Origin: Cyanidioschyzon merolae
Taxonomy: Eukaryota
Assembly: GCA_000091205.1 (NCBI GenBank)
Contig: AP006488.2
Reading direction: 5' to 3' (one strand)
DNA: 64,000 nt
This document shows, piece after piece, positions 33,129-45,450 of this stretch. The position numbers were made by a program, and so were the translations under genes. Position 1 is the stretch's first letter, and the number at the start of each line of letters is the position of its first letter. The notes under the pieces were generated by a model. It was not told the DNA's origin. It searched no databases and saw only the letters and a list, made by a program, of their open reading frames with translations.

Positions 33129-34699
33129 AAGCAGTACACGACGACGCGGTCAACGAGGTTGCGTGCCGGGAGTGCCGCTTCGAAACGGCGTGCAAACAGA
33201 CTCATTGCTAGCGTGTAGGTGACGGAGAGCACGATTGCACTGCATAAGTTGAGAATTTGCCAAGTTACCTGCTTCGAGGATAGCGTCTCAAGGAGGAACT
33301 TGGCTTCCTTTGGATCGCTTCGATCTGTGGTGGAGCAAAGAAACCCGACAAACGACTGCGGTGACGTGCACTGCTTCGACGTGTGCGCGTGCCTCGTTCC
33401 TGTCCATTGATGAGTTCGCTGCTGCCTCTTAGCGTGCTGTCTCCAAATGTCTCCGACTCGAACGAGGAGACGGAGGTACCACGATCAGCCATGAGGGCAG
33501 CGTGCAAGCAGAATTAGAGTTGCATATTGTTCGGTACCCGTGCACTGCAGTGCAGAGTATACGGACCACGAAGCATGAATATGGCAAAGAAGGTTCGTTT
33601 TTATGTATGGAGCGGTGCGTATGCGCATACGCTCACACACGTTCACAAGCCCCAAGTCGGCTAGCTGAGGATTCCTGCACTGCACTGTACTGCACTGCCG
33701 TTCTTGGTCGTTCGAATTCTGTCCATCCAGAAACGCATCCCATGCGGACGCTCGAGACGCTCTCTGCTCACCAGCGCGACTCCATGAGGCTCCATTCCTG
33801 CTATGCATATTCGTATGCTATGTTGATGTGTATAGCAGAAGGTCGAGATGTAGAAGCAATGTGCTGTATAGATCGTAGACGAATAGAATGTTAGATATAT
33901 ATTCTTTACTGAACAGTGCAAGGTGGACTGCATTCCTCGTTCAGGTACGGTTCACCACAGTATTCAGATGGACGAGGAACACTGAAATAAAGAAGCAAGT
34001 ACATGCGATCCGCACCGAAACCAGATATACTCATAGCGTGCTTGCGTTCACTGGTAGAAAAACGACCCGTTGATTACTTTAGGGAAGGGGAAAGCGACGA
34101 TGATACCCATCACCTCTATCTGTTTTTCTCGCCAGCTAATTCGTGTGATCCTGAATGCACTGGCATACAGTCGCGATAAAGTCCTGGTTCATGCACAGCC
34201 GTCTTGTATCGAATTCGCAACGACAGCGTTCCCGGAACGTCCCGATCGGCACGAGGCACAGAGACGTAGCTCTGTCTTTTTCAGACGATGCGACTTTCTT
34301 TGGCCGAAATGGTCGGGGCGTACATGGGTAGTCGCGGGGATGGAGCCAGCTGTATGTATGATCGAACTTGATGAGAGCGAGGACATCATCAACTGTTTGA
34401 GCTGCAGTGGATTCATTTGGCGGCCGCAGTTTCGCTCAGAGGGAAGGCTCGTAGAACAGCACACACTGTACCGAATCATGGAAGAAATTTCCCCTGACGT
34501 CTGACGACGTCGTCCGGTTGTACGGCTTGGTATTTCACCATTCCCCTTGCGTTCGAATGTTTGCTGATTCGATCGGGGAATAGAGCTGCTTTTCATTCCT
34601 CGATATAATCCGTGGTTGAGCCCCGTAGAAAGTGTTTTCTCTATTGTGAGACGTTTTTAATGCTCAACGGGGCGAGTCGCTGAAGCGTTCAGCACACAT

Positions 34700-35210
34700 T
34701 GGTACCTGGCCACATTGCGTCCCTCGTCTGCAAGCCCTTTTTGCTCCGCTTAGCTCCTCATCTAACGGCATAAAGAAGCGCGCCATTTGAAGAAATAAGA
34801 AATCCAAGGGATGAGCTGCGGTGTACACTTCAGAACATCGAGATAGAGAGAAGGCAGCGGAGCGCTTCGCGCGATAGAAAAGTACGGAGAGCTGGCAGAG
34901 CAGCCAATGGTACTGAGTACTCGTGTTCTGGCAATCCTTGCATGGATGAGTTCAACAAGCGGCAATATATGCGAGGAGTTCGTGAAACGAGACTCCAACG
35001 TCACCTTCAGTATCTGACGATATGTAGTGCTGAAGAAGAGAACCGAGGAGCTGACGCGATACAGGTTTATGGGGCAGTCTCTCAGACTTGAAGTGCACAA
35101 GGAGAATCTGAGAACACGATACGAGTCTGCCGATCAAACAAGACTTGGAGGCGTCCTCGGATGGGTATTCATGCACCCCACATGATCGAGGAACTTTTTC
35201 GCTCCACTGA
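34700..35210 (+). mobile_element. Fanzor/TnpB-like family A fragment A4: a degenerate C-terminal region plus the tail.
   Basis: Plus-strand translation '...IEKYGELAEQPMVLSTRVLAILAWMSSTSGNICEEFVKRDSNVTFSI*...ENLRTRYESADQ' aligns to A1/A3 'EEIAKYGPL...KVRGLLALVSATSDGKKRMVLGNRDFNAATNVKRC...ESTRENF'. The tail 'aagacttggaggcgtcctcgga' matches 'aaggctgggaggcgtctgcacg'. Confidence 0.5.
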
Positions 35211-36507
35211 TTATATAAGCACGACTGCAGTCTATGGGAGAAGTATCTTCATGCTTTGTCGTTCGAATCATCTGCTGAGATCGTGCGAGTGAGCGGAGCT
35301 TCCATGGGAAGACGCGCGATACTACAGAGACCCCGGTGAAACGTCTAACGCTCTCCCATACGTCAGCGCATGCAACGTCTGTGTACGCCCGAGCGGTGTC
35401 TAAAGGTCAACGCTCCACGCTCCGAAACGCTTCGCTTCGTCTGCAAAGCCTCATGGGATGACGGAAGCTCCCTGATCATGGAACGGAGGCCTGGCTCTCC
35501 TGTTTTCTTCCAGTATCCTGGATCGAGTCGTGAACCCGACTCGTTATTGCGCTAAGCACTCGTGGATACACCGTGCCAAAGCTGCCGCCAAGTTGGTTCA
35601 TGTATACTCAGGGAAACAAGTCGATCATGTTCAGTTATAAAGAATGTCCCGTTTTCGCATGACGATCTCGTATCCTCGACTTGGAAAAGCACACGGAGCA
35701 AGTGCGCTGTGCTGATGGCTCAAGGCAGCGCTGCAAGCTCGTGTTCCGCACCTTTTGTACAGCGCGACGCGCTTTCATTTTAAAGAACGTGAGCGGGGCT
35801 CCTGATTTGTCCACAGTCTCACCTACAATCATCACCGCTTATCTGCCGCTTCAGGATCTGGAACGATCGACCTGCGCTCATCCTGCACGAGCAATTGTTT
35901 GCATCGTCTCCTAGACGTGAAACGGTGTCGCGGGAGCGTGTTACCGCCTGACGCCTTTCGTTCCCAGAAAACAAATCCGCGACTCCTGGACTTGCTCCCG
36001 AGAGGCTGTCAAAAGTTAATGATCGACGCTCTGGACTCACTGAAGCCGCTCAGCGGGTGGTCAAAGCGTCAGCCGCACAAAGCGCTCCCAAGGCTATGGT
36101 GCCTCAAACAGCATCATTCCCTAGGTACGTGTTCGAGAGAGCCAGACTTGAACGCGAGTTCTACGTTATCCTAAGAAGACGCTGTGGTGTGTCACAGACT
36201 TCAACGGCGGCGGCAACTAGCAGGGCGCAGCGATATATGGTAGGTCCCTCAGCGTTTGAGTGAAACTCACTCATCCTGACATTGTCAGACAAGTGCTCAC
36301 CACTGGTGGCCAACGCTCACGTAAAGCACCGCTCTCTTCTGTACACTGCTGAAAGTTAGCGTCCCAGACGCAACAAACAGCCGCGCTACCAACGAGAACG
36401 CTACTGAGGCCGTCGTGCCCCAGGCGCGACACACCCCGCGTACACGAGTACAACAGAGCAATGAGCCAGTGTCGCTCGCTGCTGCTTCGTTCCTGAATCT
36501 GCCTCGA

Positions 36508-38802
36508 ATGTGGCTGCAAGTTCGCGGTTTCCGAGAGGCTTCCTTCCGTCTGGGATATTCTCACAGCGCAAGCAGCTCCACTCTGTGGCCACCAGCCGAT
36601 TACCCCACGCTGAGGATCGCCTGGGACCTAGAGGCTTGGCTCCAGCAAGCGCTGGTTGCGGAGCCGCTGACGCCAGCGCTCGCTCTTCGCCCAGCAGACC
36701 GAGCTGCCTGGCAAGTCATCGACGACTGTGCTTTACTGAACGCTTACGGTTGGCTGTCACCGAGCTTCATAGAACGCGCGATCGCTGACCTGGAACGCTG
36801 GCTCTCAGCACTCGGGCGCGAAGTGCAAGAACCTCCGGGTACAGGACGTGGCCCGCACTTGCAGGTTGTACTCCTTGCACCGTCGTCTCACTATATTCAC
36901 TGGGGAGCACAACTACAGCACTTTCGAAAACAGGAGCATCAACAACGTCAAGCACTGGAAAAGGCATGGAACCTGCTAAAGATCGGAACCTCCACAGGAG
37001 ACCAGGCAGCGCTGCGAGCAGGCAAGCGACGTATGGCCGCTATCCAGCGCCTGGTCTATCCGCGCTCGGTTTGGTGGCAGTTACAGCAGGCCCTGTTGCA
37101 GCATGATTGGAAAGGGGCCCGACTTGACTTTTTGGACCCGGCCATAGACCTGGATGTGCCCGAGGTACCAACATGGCTGGTCGCTGCAGACCTCTACGCT
37201 GCAGGTCTGGTGGATGGGGTCTACGCTCCGCACCGAGAAGCGCTCGTTCTCGCCAATGCCCCTTGGGCGCTGCTTTTACTCCGAAACCGCCAAAAACTTC
37301 TCGAAAACGATCGATTTGTATCGTTGATCGACATTATAGCAGGCTGGCCCCTGGACTTTGGACGCTATGGTGCTTTAGCCTGTGCCATCAGTGGACTGGA
37401 TCCTTTCTGTCGACCACATTGGAGCATGGCAAGGAGTGGTGCGTCGTCCATGTCCTTTGAGGAGGCCATGGCACGAGCTCAGTCCATGTTGCTGAGCCAA
37501 CCTGATAACGATTCCACCGCACAGGCAAACGAGCATGTTGAAGATGAGCGTACCGCGCTGAAGTGTGTCACTTTCGTGATATCGGGGTCAGCGTCCATGT
37601 GGTCTCATACAGCACCCATGTCAGGCGAGCATCCCCGACGGCATGCTTTCGCTTTGGAAAGCGCTGCTCTGGAGTCGTCACCAGTGCCTGGCGAGAAAAC
37701 CGTCAGCGCGAACGTGCCAGGCACCGTCACCGCCGAGTCGTACGCGACGCTGACTCCAGGTCAAGCGCCGGACGTTGCACCCGAGGCATCCAGAGATGCA
37801 GCCGATACTTTTCCCACTCCAACGGCGGTGACGTCTTTCGGCGAGACATTGACCGGGACGCGTCTGAACGAGTCAACCCCGACTCGAGCTGGGTGCGAGC
37901 GCTGGACGGCGGACCCCGTTGTCACGCCAACAAGTGCCGGAGACGCATCCAACCAGGGCAAGCAACAGGCGACATCAAACAAACTGGGCGCAAGCTCACC
38001 CGTGACTACTCGGTCGTCCGTGGCAGAGACATCCCGCACGGACCCCGAACAGGAGGCACTGCGGTGGCATCAGCATATATGGCTCCCAGTGATCGATACA
38101 CCCTATCTCCGTCGCCTTTCTGAGCAGATACTCGGCTGGCGCAGGGCCAACGACACCCAAGGCAGCCTTAGTCTGTGGTTTCAACATCGTCGTTACACTT
38201 GGCAAGCGAGTCAGGGGCGTAGTTTGCGAGCAACGCTGTCGCAGTTGCCCCACTGGTTGCAGCGAGTTCTTGTCCGTGCTCGGTTGACGGATAAGGTGCC
38301 ACTTATCCAAGGACTGGAGAAACTCGTCCTCCCAAAAGCTGAGTCGAGCTCGGAAGTATCGACAGCGGTGCTGTTGTGGCCATGGGCGCTCTTATTGCTG
38401 TCACTTGCACTGGGCTGGTTTGCCACCGATGCGGATCACTGGCATGATCGAGTGGTTTGGTGGGTATCCCCAGATAGCGTTCTCGGGGGCGAAACGAACG
38501 CTTCGGCCTGGACCAATTACTTGGTGAAGAACTGGCCCCCGTTTCTCGCGGAGCAGATTGCAGCGAGTGAGATCATGAACTTGATCCTGGGTGTTGAGCT
38601 ACCCGGTCTGCATCTGGCATCCTGCCTGACCTTGGAAGTATACGCTCAACTTCGAGTCGCGTTCACAGAAAGCTACCGCAGTATTCGCTGCTATCTGGAC
38701 GAAGGCACGTGGCGAGCATTGGAGGCACTGCTGTCAGAAACGCTGAAGCCTGTGCAGAAACAAGCGCCTACTTCGGAGCATCACGCACAGCATGCGTTGT
38801 AA
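36508..38802 (+). CDS. Hypothetical protein, about 765 aa, with a C-terminal hydrophobic segment.
   Basis: Long ORF. The track start at 36415 is GTG; the first in-frame ATG is at 36508. No domain recognised. Confidence 0.55.
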   Translation: MWLQVRGFREASFRLGYSHSASSSTLWPPADYPTLRIAWDLEAWLQQALVAEPLTPALALRPADRAAWQVIDDCALLNAYGWLSPSFIERAIADLERWLSALGREVQEPPGTGRGPHLQVVLLAPSSHYIHWGAQLQHFRKQEHQQRQALEKAWNLLKIGTSTGDQAALRAGKRRMAAIQRLVYPRSVWWQLQQALLQHDWKGARLDFLDPAIDLDVPEVPTWLVAADLYAAGLVDGVYAPHREALVLANAPWALLLLRNRQKLLENDRFVSLIDIIAGWPLDFGRYGALACAISGLDPFCRPHWSMARSGASSMSFEEAMARAQSMLLSQPDNDSTAQANEHVEDERTALKCVTFVISGSASMWSHTAPMSGEHPRRHAFALESAALESSPVPGEKTVSANVPGTVTAESYATLTPGQAPDVAPEASRDAADTFPTPTAVTSFGETLTGTRLNESTPTRAGCERWTADPVVTPTSAGDASNQGKQQATSNKLGASSPVTTRSSVAETSRTDPEQEALRWHQHIWLPVIDTPYLRRLSEQILGWRRANDTQGSLSLWFQHRRYTWQASQGRSLRATLSQLPHWLQRVLVRARLTDKVPLIQGLEKLVLPKAESSSEVSTAVLLWPWALLLLSLALGWFATDADHWHDRVVWWVSPDSVLGGETNASAWTNYLVKNWPPFLAEQIAASEIMNLILGVELPGLHLASCLTLEVYAQLRVAFTESYRSIRCYLDEGTWRALEALLSETLKPVQKQAPTSEHHAQHAL

Positions 38803-38982
38803 ACCCGCCTGGTTTCTTTGGATTCAAAAATGCAACGTCAGCGGCTCGACGAGTCCCGAGTAACACGTCGATGAGGTTTCCATGCTCTGAAACCCCCGCC
38901 TGGTTTCTTTGGATTCAAAAATGCAACGTCAGCGGCTCGACGAGTCCCGAGTAACACGTCGATGAGGTTTCCATCCCGCAGA
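38803..38982. repeat. Direct repeat of roughly 88 bp x2 beginning at the stop codon of the upstream gene.
   Basis: 'aaacccgcctggtttctttggattcaaaaatgcaacgtcagcggctcgacgagtcccgagtaacacgtcgatgaggtttccat' appears twice. It contains the short inverted repeat cgacg...cgtcg. Confidence 0.8.
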
Positions 38983-40293
38983 GACAACCGGTGCCAGCGT
39001 CCGGGTAGAGTCGAAGCGCAGAGGGCGAACAACTATCCGGTGCGAAACGGAGCTGCACTGCTGCCAGAACCAAAAGTATCGAGAGCGTCACTCGCGGAAC
39101 ACTGCTTCGGTAACCGTAGACAGGGTACGACTTTCTCCAGAGGAACAGGTGTCTAGTTTCGTTGCCGATAGTTTTTTCTCTATTTCGGGTGTGTCCAGGT
39201 CAATTTATGGATAGATTGGGAGAGGAAAATATCGGAGTAGTGTGCGGCTCTGGTACAGCATGCACGAGCGTCACATGATGATCGACAAGGTTGCAGTCAG
39301 CGACGTTCGCATACTGCAGAGGCACGGCGTTTTCGGTGCTCATGTCAGCGTCGTGCCCAGATGCGTATCCAGACGCACCTGTGCTTTTTCTTATAAGCGA
39401 CATTGCTCCGCTTGTCGACCAAGTGCTCGCATGCCGGAGAGCGACGCTCGCACCCGGTAAGCGTCTCTTCGGATGTGTTATCAGGCGGAAACAGCGCGCA
39501 ACGGCTTCACTGAAACCTGCGAGAATTCCTGTCCCAGTACCACTGTGTGCCATGGGGGAAATAATGAATATTCTTGCTGTGCAGCGTGGGAACGCATCTT
39601 CGCCGCAAATGCTGCCCGCGTTACTCCTCAGATGCATACCCCGGCGGGAGAGCGCGCGTTATGTGCGCTTTGTGTCGCTCGACGAGCGTTCAGCATTCCC
39701 AGAACGACACCTACATCAGCAGTGAACAGTCAACAGAGCTGCACTGCCGCTAGTAAGCGCCGGAGTACCCGCGGATGCAGAACGAGAACTTGCAGCATCG
39801 GCAATGAACAGGCAACCGCGCTACAGTGTCGTTTGGGCTTGCACCAAGAACTTCGGATGCAGAATCGGAGCGCACTGCAGCGTCAATGGATACTTTCCCA
39901 AAGCAGCAGTGCCGTGTATGTGTACGCTGCAGAGTCCGCGACAGCAGTGCACTGCTCGTGACGTGCACGTGACTACCCCAGAGGAGCTTTCAGCGCTTTC
40001 ATATGTTGCTAGCGAACCTGCGATACGCTTTGCAGTGCCGCCGAACCTTACTGCATCTCGCTGAGCGGATCACAGCACCCAGATACGCTGGTAAACTGCG
40101 TCCTCAAATGATACTAGCTATCGGATACGGTAGCCGGCAACCGCTGAAAGCAGTTGTTGCTGCTCGTCGAGACATCGTGGATGCTCTGGTGGCCCGAGCG
40201 CGCCCCCGTCACCCCACAAAACCATAATGATGTCTCTGTGGTGAAACGTGTGCCCCAAAACGATAACATATCCTAGGTATATGCACGAGGCAT

Positions 40294-42645
40294 TCAAAAC
40301 GCGAACGAACTATACACGGTCTGAACGAATACGGTATTTGTAAACAGACCATGTGGTGCCAGGGCTTGCAGCACCTCCTGGACATCGACGGTGCTCAACA
40401 TCTGGGCAGCAGTTGCTCCAGCAGCAGCAAAGGCAGCGCTTCTGTTCAGGTTCGCCGCAGAGCGCGCAACACCTATCGTGAAAAACAGGTCGTACTTGGC
40501 CGGTGGTGCACTGTCTGGAGAGGCACGGTACAACGAGCACTCGCTTCGACCTGGCACAAGCGACAGCTGTGCCGTTCCGAACCTGGAAGTGTTCAGCGCC
40601 TTGCTGATAGAAAATTCTAAAACCACCAGAGTTGCACTCTGAAGCAGCGATTGGAAGGATGTATGAGCGCAGAATGCTGTCTGGTTCACCACGGTTCCGG
40701 GAGCGGCCTCGACTCGCCAGTGCACATCATACGCACCGGCATACGACAACGCTGTCTGCAGCGGGAGCGGTGGCGGCATGACCGGTGCCAGCTCGCCGGT
40801 GCGGTCGTAAAGACGGACCACAACGACCGGGTCCAGCGAGAGACTCGTGCCGAGCGCTACCTGCATCGAAACAGCAATCAGAACACCGGTGGTATTGGCA
40901 CTGTCAAGGAGTGTGGCACGCACGCTCCCCAGAGCGGACATGTCGAGGCCCAGGATCGCTGCGCTCAGGAGGTAGCGTTCCGTGGTCTCGTTGAGGTGGC
41001 AGTGCATCGGTGCTACGGCACTGTTGCTGTAGTTATAGGCCTGCAAAACGTTCTGGAGCGCACTCGCGAGCGCCTTTCGAACCTTGCCGCAGGATGGTAA
41101 CAAAGCGTTCGGAAGTCCTGATGTCGAAGGCAACGGTTCGGGTACCAACGGCACGTAGACGTTCTTCCCTTTTTCGAGGCTCGAAGCACCTGCTTCCTGG
41201 TTTCCGGACACCGCTCCTCTCGATGGGGCACTACTTGGCACCAAGTGCATCCACGCAGGTACGTCTGCATCCGGCACGTTCAGGAGCGACGTCGAGAACG
41301 CATCCATACGGCCAATGGAGATGCGTTCCGTGGGTGATCCCAGGTGAGCACGCTCCTGGTCGACGGCTGGTGTGTCCAGTGAAGCGACGCGCCCGGCATT
41401 TACCCCCGGAGCGTCGTCCTGAAACGCTGCAATCGCCTCCGTCACGATGACCGCATTGCTACTGCAGGCCGTTGTGCAGTAACTTGGAAGCGGCGACGGA
41501 AGCGTGTCGTTGCTCATCAGCAGCTCGAGCACCGCGAGTGTATTCGCGCCTATCTCATAGTTCTGTTCACCGGGGACGGCATAGGGTGTAACCAGGGAAC
41601 TGCAGCGCTGGGTCTGGAATCCCGCCGCGACGCAGTCCCACAGCCAGGTCGTCGGCGAAAACTGGTACGTGTTTGTCCCCGCACTGTACGGATTGGGGCT
41701 GAAGAGCATGAACGGATTTCCAGCCCGGTCCCGAATAAGGACATTGTTCAGGGTTGTCAGCGCCTGATAGAGACCGCCGCCGCCGAACGGTCGGCACGAT
41801 TCAATCAAACTGCAGCCTGCAGCATCGGTGAGCAATGAATCAAAGCGTCCAGGAATGGAAAATGCCGGGTACCCGTAGTGTGTGTCGTACGAAAGGCCGT
41901 AGTGCGCGGTTTTGGTCTGAGGGTTCGCGGTGATCGTCCCGCTGAACCCGAGTCCTGCCGCAATCTGCCGCATCACCGTCGTTGCCAAGTCGATTGCGTG
42001 CGGCTCCGACAGCGGATCAATGGTGGTGTACGGATCAAAGTGCCATGGCGCTGCGCTGTTCAAGTCGATCTGCATATCGAAGGGCGTTCCTGCGACGACC
42101 TGCGGGCCCGCGATCGCTCCTGCCAAGGCAGTGTTATACCAAGTCCGGTTCAGGAGGCCGTTGGTGCCATTCCCAAACACCAAGTAGGCGAACGTTGAGC
42201 CCAGATCGCTATTCGTTGCAGATGATACCGCCGCCAGCGCGGCATAGCGGGTGACGACTCGAACAGGAGCGCTGGAACGAAACACGTTTGCCCACTGTAG
42301 TGCCGCGAACGCGAACGCCTCCTTTGCCCGCACGTCGTAAGGCTCCACAAAAGTAATATTAAAAGTAGACTGCGAGCCGTGCACGAGCACCGAAGGCGAA
42401 CCCGGTACGACGCGAAGCGTGTTCGATGTCGAAGATGTCGCTGGGAAGCTGGTCAGCAGCTTCCCAGCCGCGACAGCAGACACACTGCCCAGTACGAGGA
42501 GTGCCACGAGCCACCAGCGTGCCCACGCGAGTACGGTGTTCCGTGGACCGCGCCACGAGTGTTTTCGCCGTACCCAACGGGATTGAGGAAGAGAGCGTCC
42601 AGTTGTACATTGTTCTACTTGGCACTTTGTAGCTAGTCTCTGCAT
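40294..42645 (-). CDS. Hypothetical secreted or type-II membrane protein, about 780 aa, with an N-terminal hydrophobic anchor, many N-glycosylation sequons and a Ser/Thr-rich region.
   Basis: Uninterrupted 2.4 kb ORF. The track start is TTG; the first ATG is near 42645 ('MQRLATKCQ...WWLVALLVLGSVSAVAAG'). Confidence 0.6.
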   Translation of the reverse strand: MQRLATKCQVEQCTTGRSLPQSRWVRRKHSWRGPRNTVLAWARWWLVALLVLGSVSAVAAGKLLTSFPATSSTSNTLRVVPGSPSVLVHGSQSTFNITFVEPYDVRAKEAFAFAALQWANVFRSSAPVRVVTRYAALAAVSSATNSDLGSTFAYLVFGNGTNGLLNRTWYNTALAGAIAGPQVVAGTPFDMQIDLNSAAPWHFDPYTTIDPLSEPHAIDLATTVMRQIAAGLGFSGTITANPQTKTAHYGLSYDTHYGYPAFSIPGRFDSLLTDAAGCSLIESCRPFGGGGLYQALTTLNNVLIRDRAGNPFMLFSPNPYSAGTNTYQFSPTTWLWDCVAAGFQTQRCSSLVTPYAVPGEQNYEIGANTLAVLELLMSNDTLPSPLPSYCTTACSSNAVIVTEAIAAFQDDAPGVNAGRVASLDTPAVDQERAHLGSPTERISIGRMDAFSTSLLNVPDADVPAWMHLVPSSAPSRGAVSGNQEAGASSLEKGKNVYVPLVPEPLPSTSGLPNALLPSCGKVRKALASALQNVLQAYNYSNSAVAPMHCHLNETTERYLLSAAILGLDMSALGSVRATLLDSANTTGVLIAVSMQVALGTSLSLDPVVVVRLYDRTGELAPVMPPPLPLQTALSYAGAYDVHWRVEAAPGTVVNQTAFCAHTSFQSLLQSATLVVLEFSISKALNTSRFGTAQLSLVPGRSECSLYRASPDSAPPAKYDLFFTIGVARSAANLNRSAAFAAAGATAAQMLSTVDVQEVLQALAPHGLFTNTVFVQTVYSSFAF

Positions 42646-43008
42646 CAATACCGCTACGTTCCAGAGTGAACACAACTACAGCGCCCTGTTTGGCGGGAGG
42701 CGAGTTTCTCTGGACCTCTGCAGTGGAGCGAACCCGCAGGAGCCTTACGGCGTCTGGGGTAGGAAAGCCTTGACCTCGATCGGTGCTGATTGCAGATGCT
42801 GGTCGGAAACAAGCCTGTCCAAATTGAAAAAAGAACAGTGCAGATCGATCGACGGCGTCGAGGCCGACGGTTGTAGGAGAAACGTATCTTGGATCGTTTC
42901 CCAGCCGAATAGCATACAAAAGTGCTCTGTAGTTTTCGGACTTTTGTTACTTTTCCGGAGTTTCATCCAGGCTTGATAATTGAAATGCAGTTTCAAGGGC
43001 TTAAGGGT

Positions 43009-44110
43009 TCGTAGGTTGCTTTGGGATTCTCGGTCGTCTATTCGGAGTGGCTCGTTCTACACGACGTCGCTGCAACGAGTTCAAAGCAAGAAAGCAAGAT
43101 GATCTCCGACGTTCTGGAACAGGGGTTCGTAAAATAACCGAAATCTCTATACAAATCATATGCAAAAGTTATTCCAAGTTTCCGACTCGCTGTTTCAACG
43201 CAAGTCGTGTGCGCAGGGACACGCTGGCCGCTGAATTGCCGGGCAGAGAATCTCCACGTGGTCCTTTGAAGACTTGTTTTCCAAAACTCCTCCCTATTGT
43301 TCACTGAACTTGTCAAGATAAAAAATCGGTTCGTTTCGAAACACAATTTCTCTACGCCTCTTGGCTATCAGCGAAACGGCTTTCCACAGGCGCATCAAAC
43401 ATGTCGTGGGATATGCTTCCAGAGCCTGTCGTCTATTCTGTGTGCATGGAGAAGCATCTTGGACTCGGTGTTGAGTCATCGCAGTGATCGCTTACAGCAG
43501 AGATTGCGTCACCGCTTCGCATGAAGAAAACGTAGATGGACCGAAAATTCTCGACGTGATCTCTAGCCTGGATTTTCCTTTCGGTACTTGTTTTCTCGCC
43601 AACAACATCGCATCCAACAAAGCCCTGATCAAACGGGAAAACCTGAGCCTGTGCATACAGCGGACAGGCTGATCGCAGAGGAGATCGTCCAGAAGAGGTC
43701 CGTGCGCCAAGGGCACGGCATCGGGCGTGGAAACGCTGGAGGGCATCGAGGACAGCCTTCTCCGTCCGCCAAGCGCATGGACGATGCGATGAAGCAAATG
43801 CTTACGCAACACCGAACGAATACCCGAGGAGGAAGAGAAAATATTGGTATACGTTTGGGAGCACGTGAAGATGGCCAAGTGTGCCCTTTCCAAAGGCACA
43901 CCGAGGCTGTATACAAACGAGATGAAAATCGCCAGCGAGGCGTACATCGCAACTTCCGCTTGTGCTGGGAAGGCGTCGACAACAGTTGGAAGCCGCGAAA
44001 TCGGGACTTGAACGCTACCATAAACACGCTTCGAGTGCTGATCATGGGTCTACGGGGAACGCAGAGACTGGCGCATTGCAGTCGGCTACGAAAGAGAAAG
44101 AGTGGGAAAG
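43009..44110 (+). mobile_element. Small TnpB-like element, family B copy B3 (about 1.1 kb).
   Basis: ORF 43588..44193 contains 'CPFQRH...FRLCWEG...WKPRNRDLNATINTLRV' (Cys cluster plus RuvC-III-like motif). Nucleotide homology to B2 from 'gtag...gattctcggtcgt' through 'cgcattgcagtcgg'. Confidence 0.5.
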
Positions 44111-45450
44111 CATGCTCAGACAAAATCGCAAAGGCTGGTATCGTCGTTGACATCGGGCGCCGAGCCAAATTCGGGTGCCTATACCCATTTTAGGAAACCT
44201 GTTCCATGTTGTTCTGGAATGAGCATAGGCCTGCGACGGGAGCTATGGCCCTCGAGCTGCTTCGAGAAAATCTACGCACAAGTTGTCGAGTCTCTACCCT
44301 GATCAGTGATGGAATATTCACTTCGGCAGGAGCCTGCCATGGTACCAGCACCCTTTTCGAGACATCAGCGAATCTCCGTTGCCCGAAATATTCGCGAGGG
44401 CATGCCGCATCGGGCTGCCGCACTCCGCCTCGATCATGCCGGTCACTGCGAGAAGCGTTCATATTGGATACCTAGGATACATGCGCCCTGCAATGCGCTT
44501 TGACGATCATCACTGACACCGCATTCACAGAGACTCTATGACACGTTGATCGCAAGCAGCGCGATCATAAAGTGTGTCAGTTTGCCGGTAGCTCGACAGT
44601 CGTGTTCGACAGACGCTGGCGAACGCGCTGTCGCGTGTACCACCAGTTCCACGCTGCCTCAGCGTTGAACAGACCAGGTGTGTCGCAGACATGAACCATT
44701 GTGCTCGCTCAAACAGACCGCAACCTGCTGGGCCGAAATCCAAACAAAGATTCGACCGCGTGAATGATACCGACGTCACAGGATGCATCCGGAAACTGTT
44801 CTGGATACGTGTAGCGTTCCCCGGGCAACGACATTTCAGCAGAATTCGTGACAGTACACGCACGCTCGCTCGCACGCACGCACGCATCGAGCACTACACG
44901 CTTTGAGAAAATCCTGAACATACCTGGATAAACCAGATGCTTTTTGCGACGCCTCCTCCCAGCGCGCAGCGATATCGTGTGCACCCCACAGACACCGCCG
45001 CGTCTCTTCTGGTGACCAGCAATGCTCCCAGCTCCACGGTACCCGAGGTAGATGCGTCCAGCACCGGGTACGACCCGAGCCCAGTACGCTGCTCCAGCGG
45101 AACCAGCGCCTCCGATCACCCACAGCGCTGGTACCGACGCGCTGGATTCGCGGGCACGCGACGCTGCGCACCGAACCGAAATGCCCTACTGCGTACCGCG
45201 CGATGAACGAACGCGAATCTGGGCCCCGCGACACGATTGAATTCGGGATTCCAGCTGGTACTCGCGACGCACCAGGTATGCTAGGAACACTAACGAACGA
45301 AAAGCGAAGCTAGACTTTCGGTTTGCTAACTCGGATTTCTTGTTGATTGAAACGGATTGAAAGCGGCTTTTAGTGTCTTGCTCATCGCGGAACGGGGGTC
45401 ATCTCGAACGAGCGTGGTAGGGTTCGTGTCTCTCCCCTGTTTTGCCGCGA

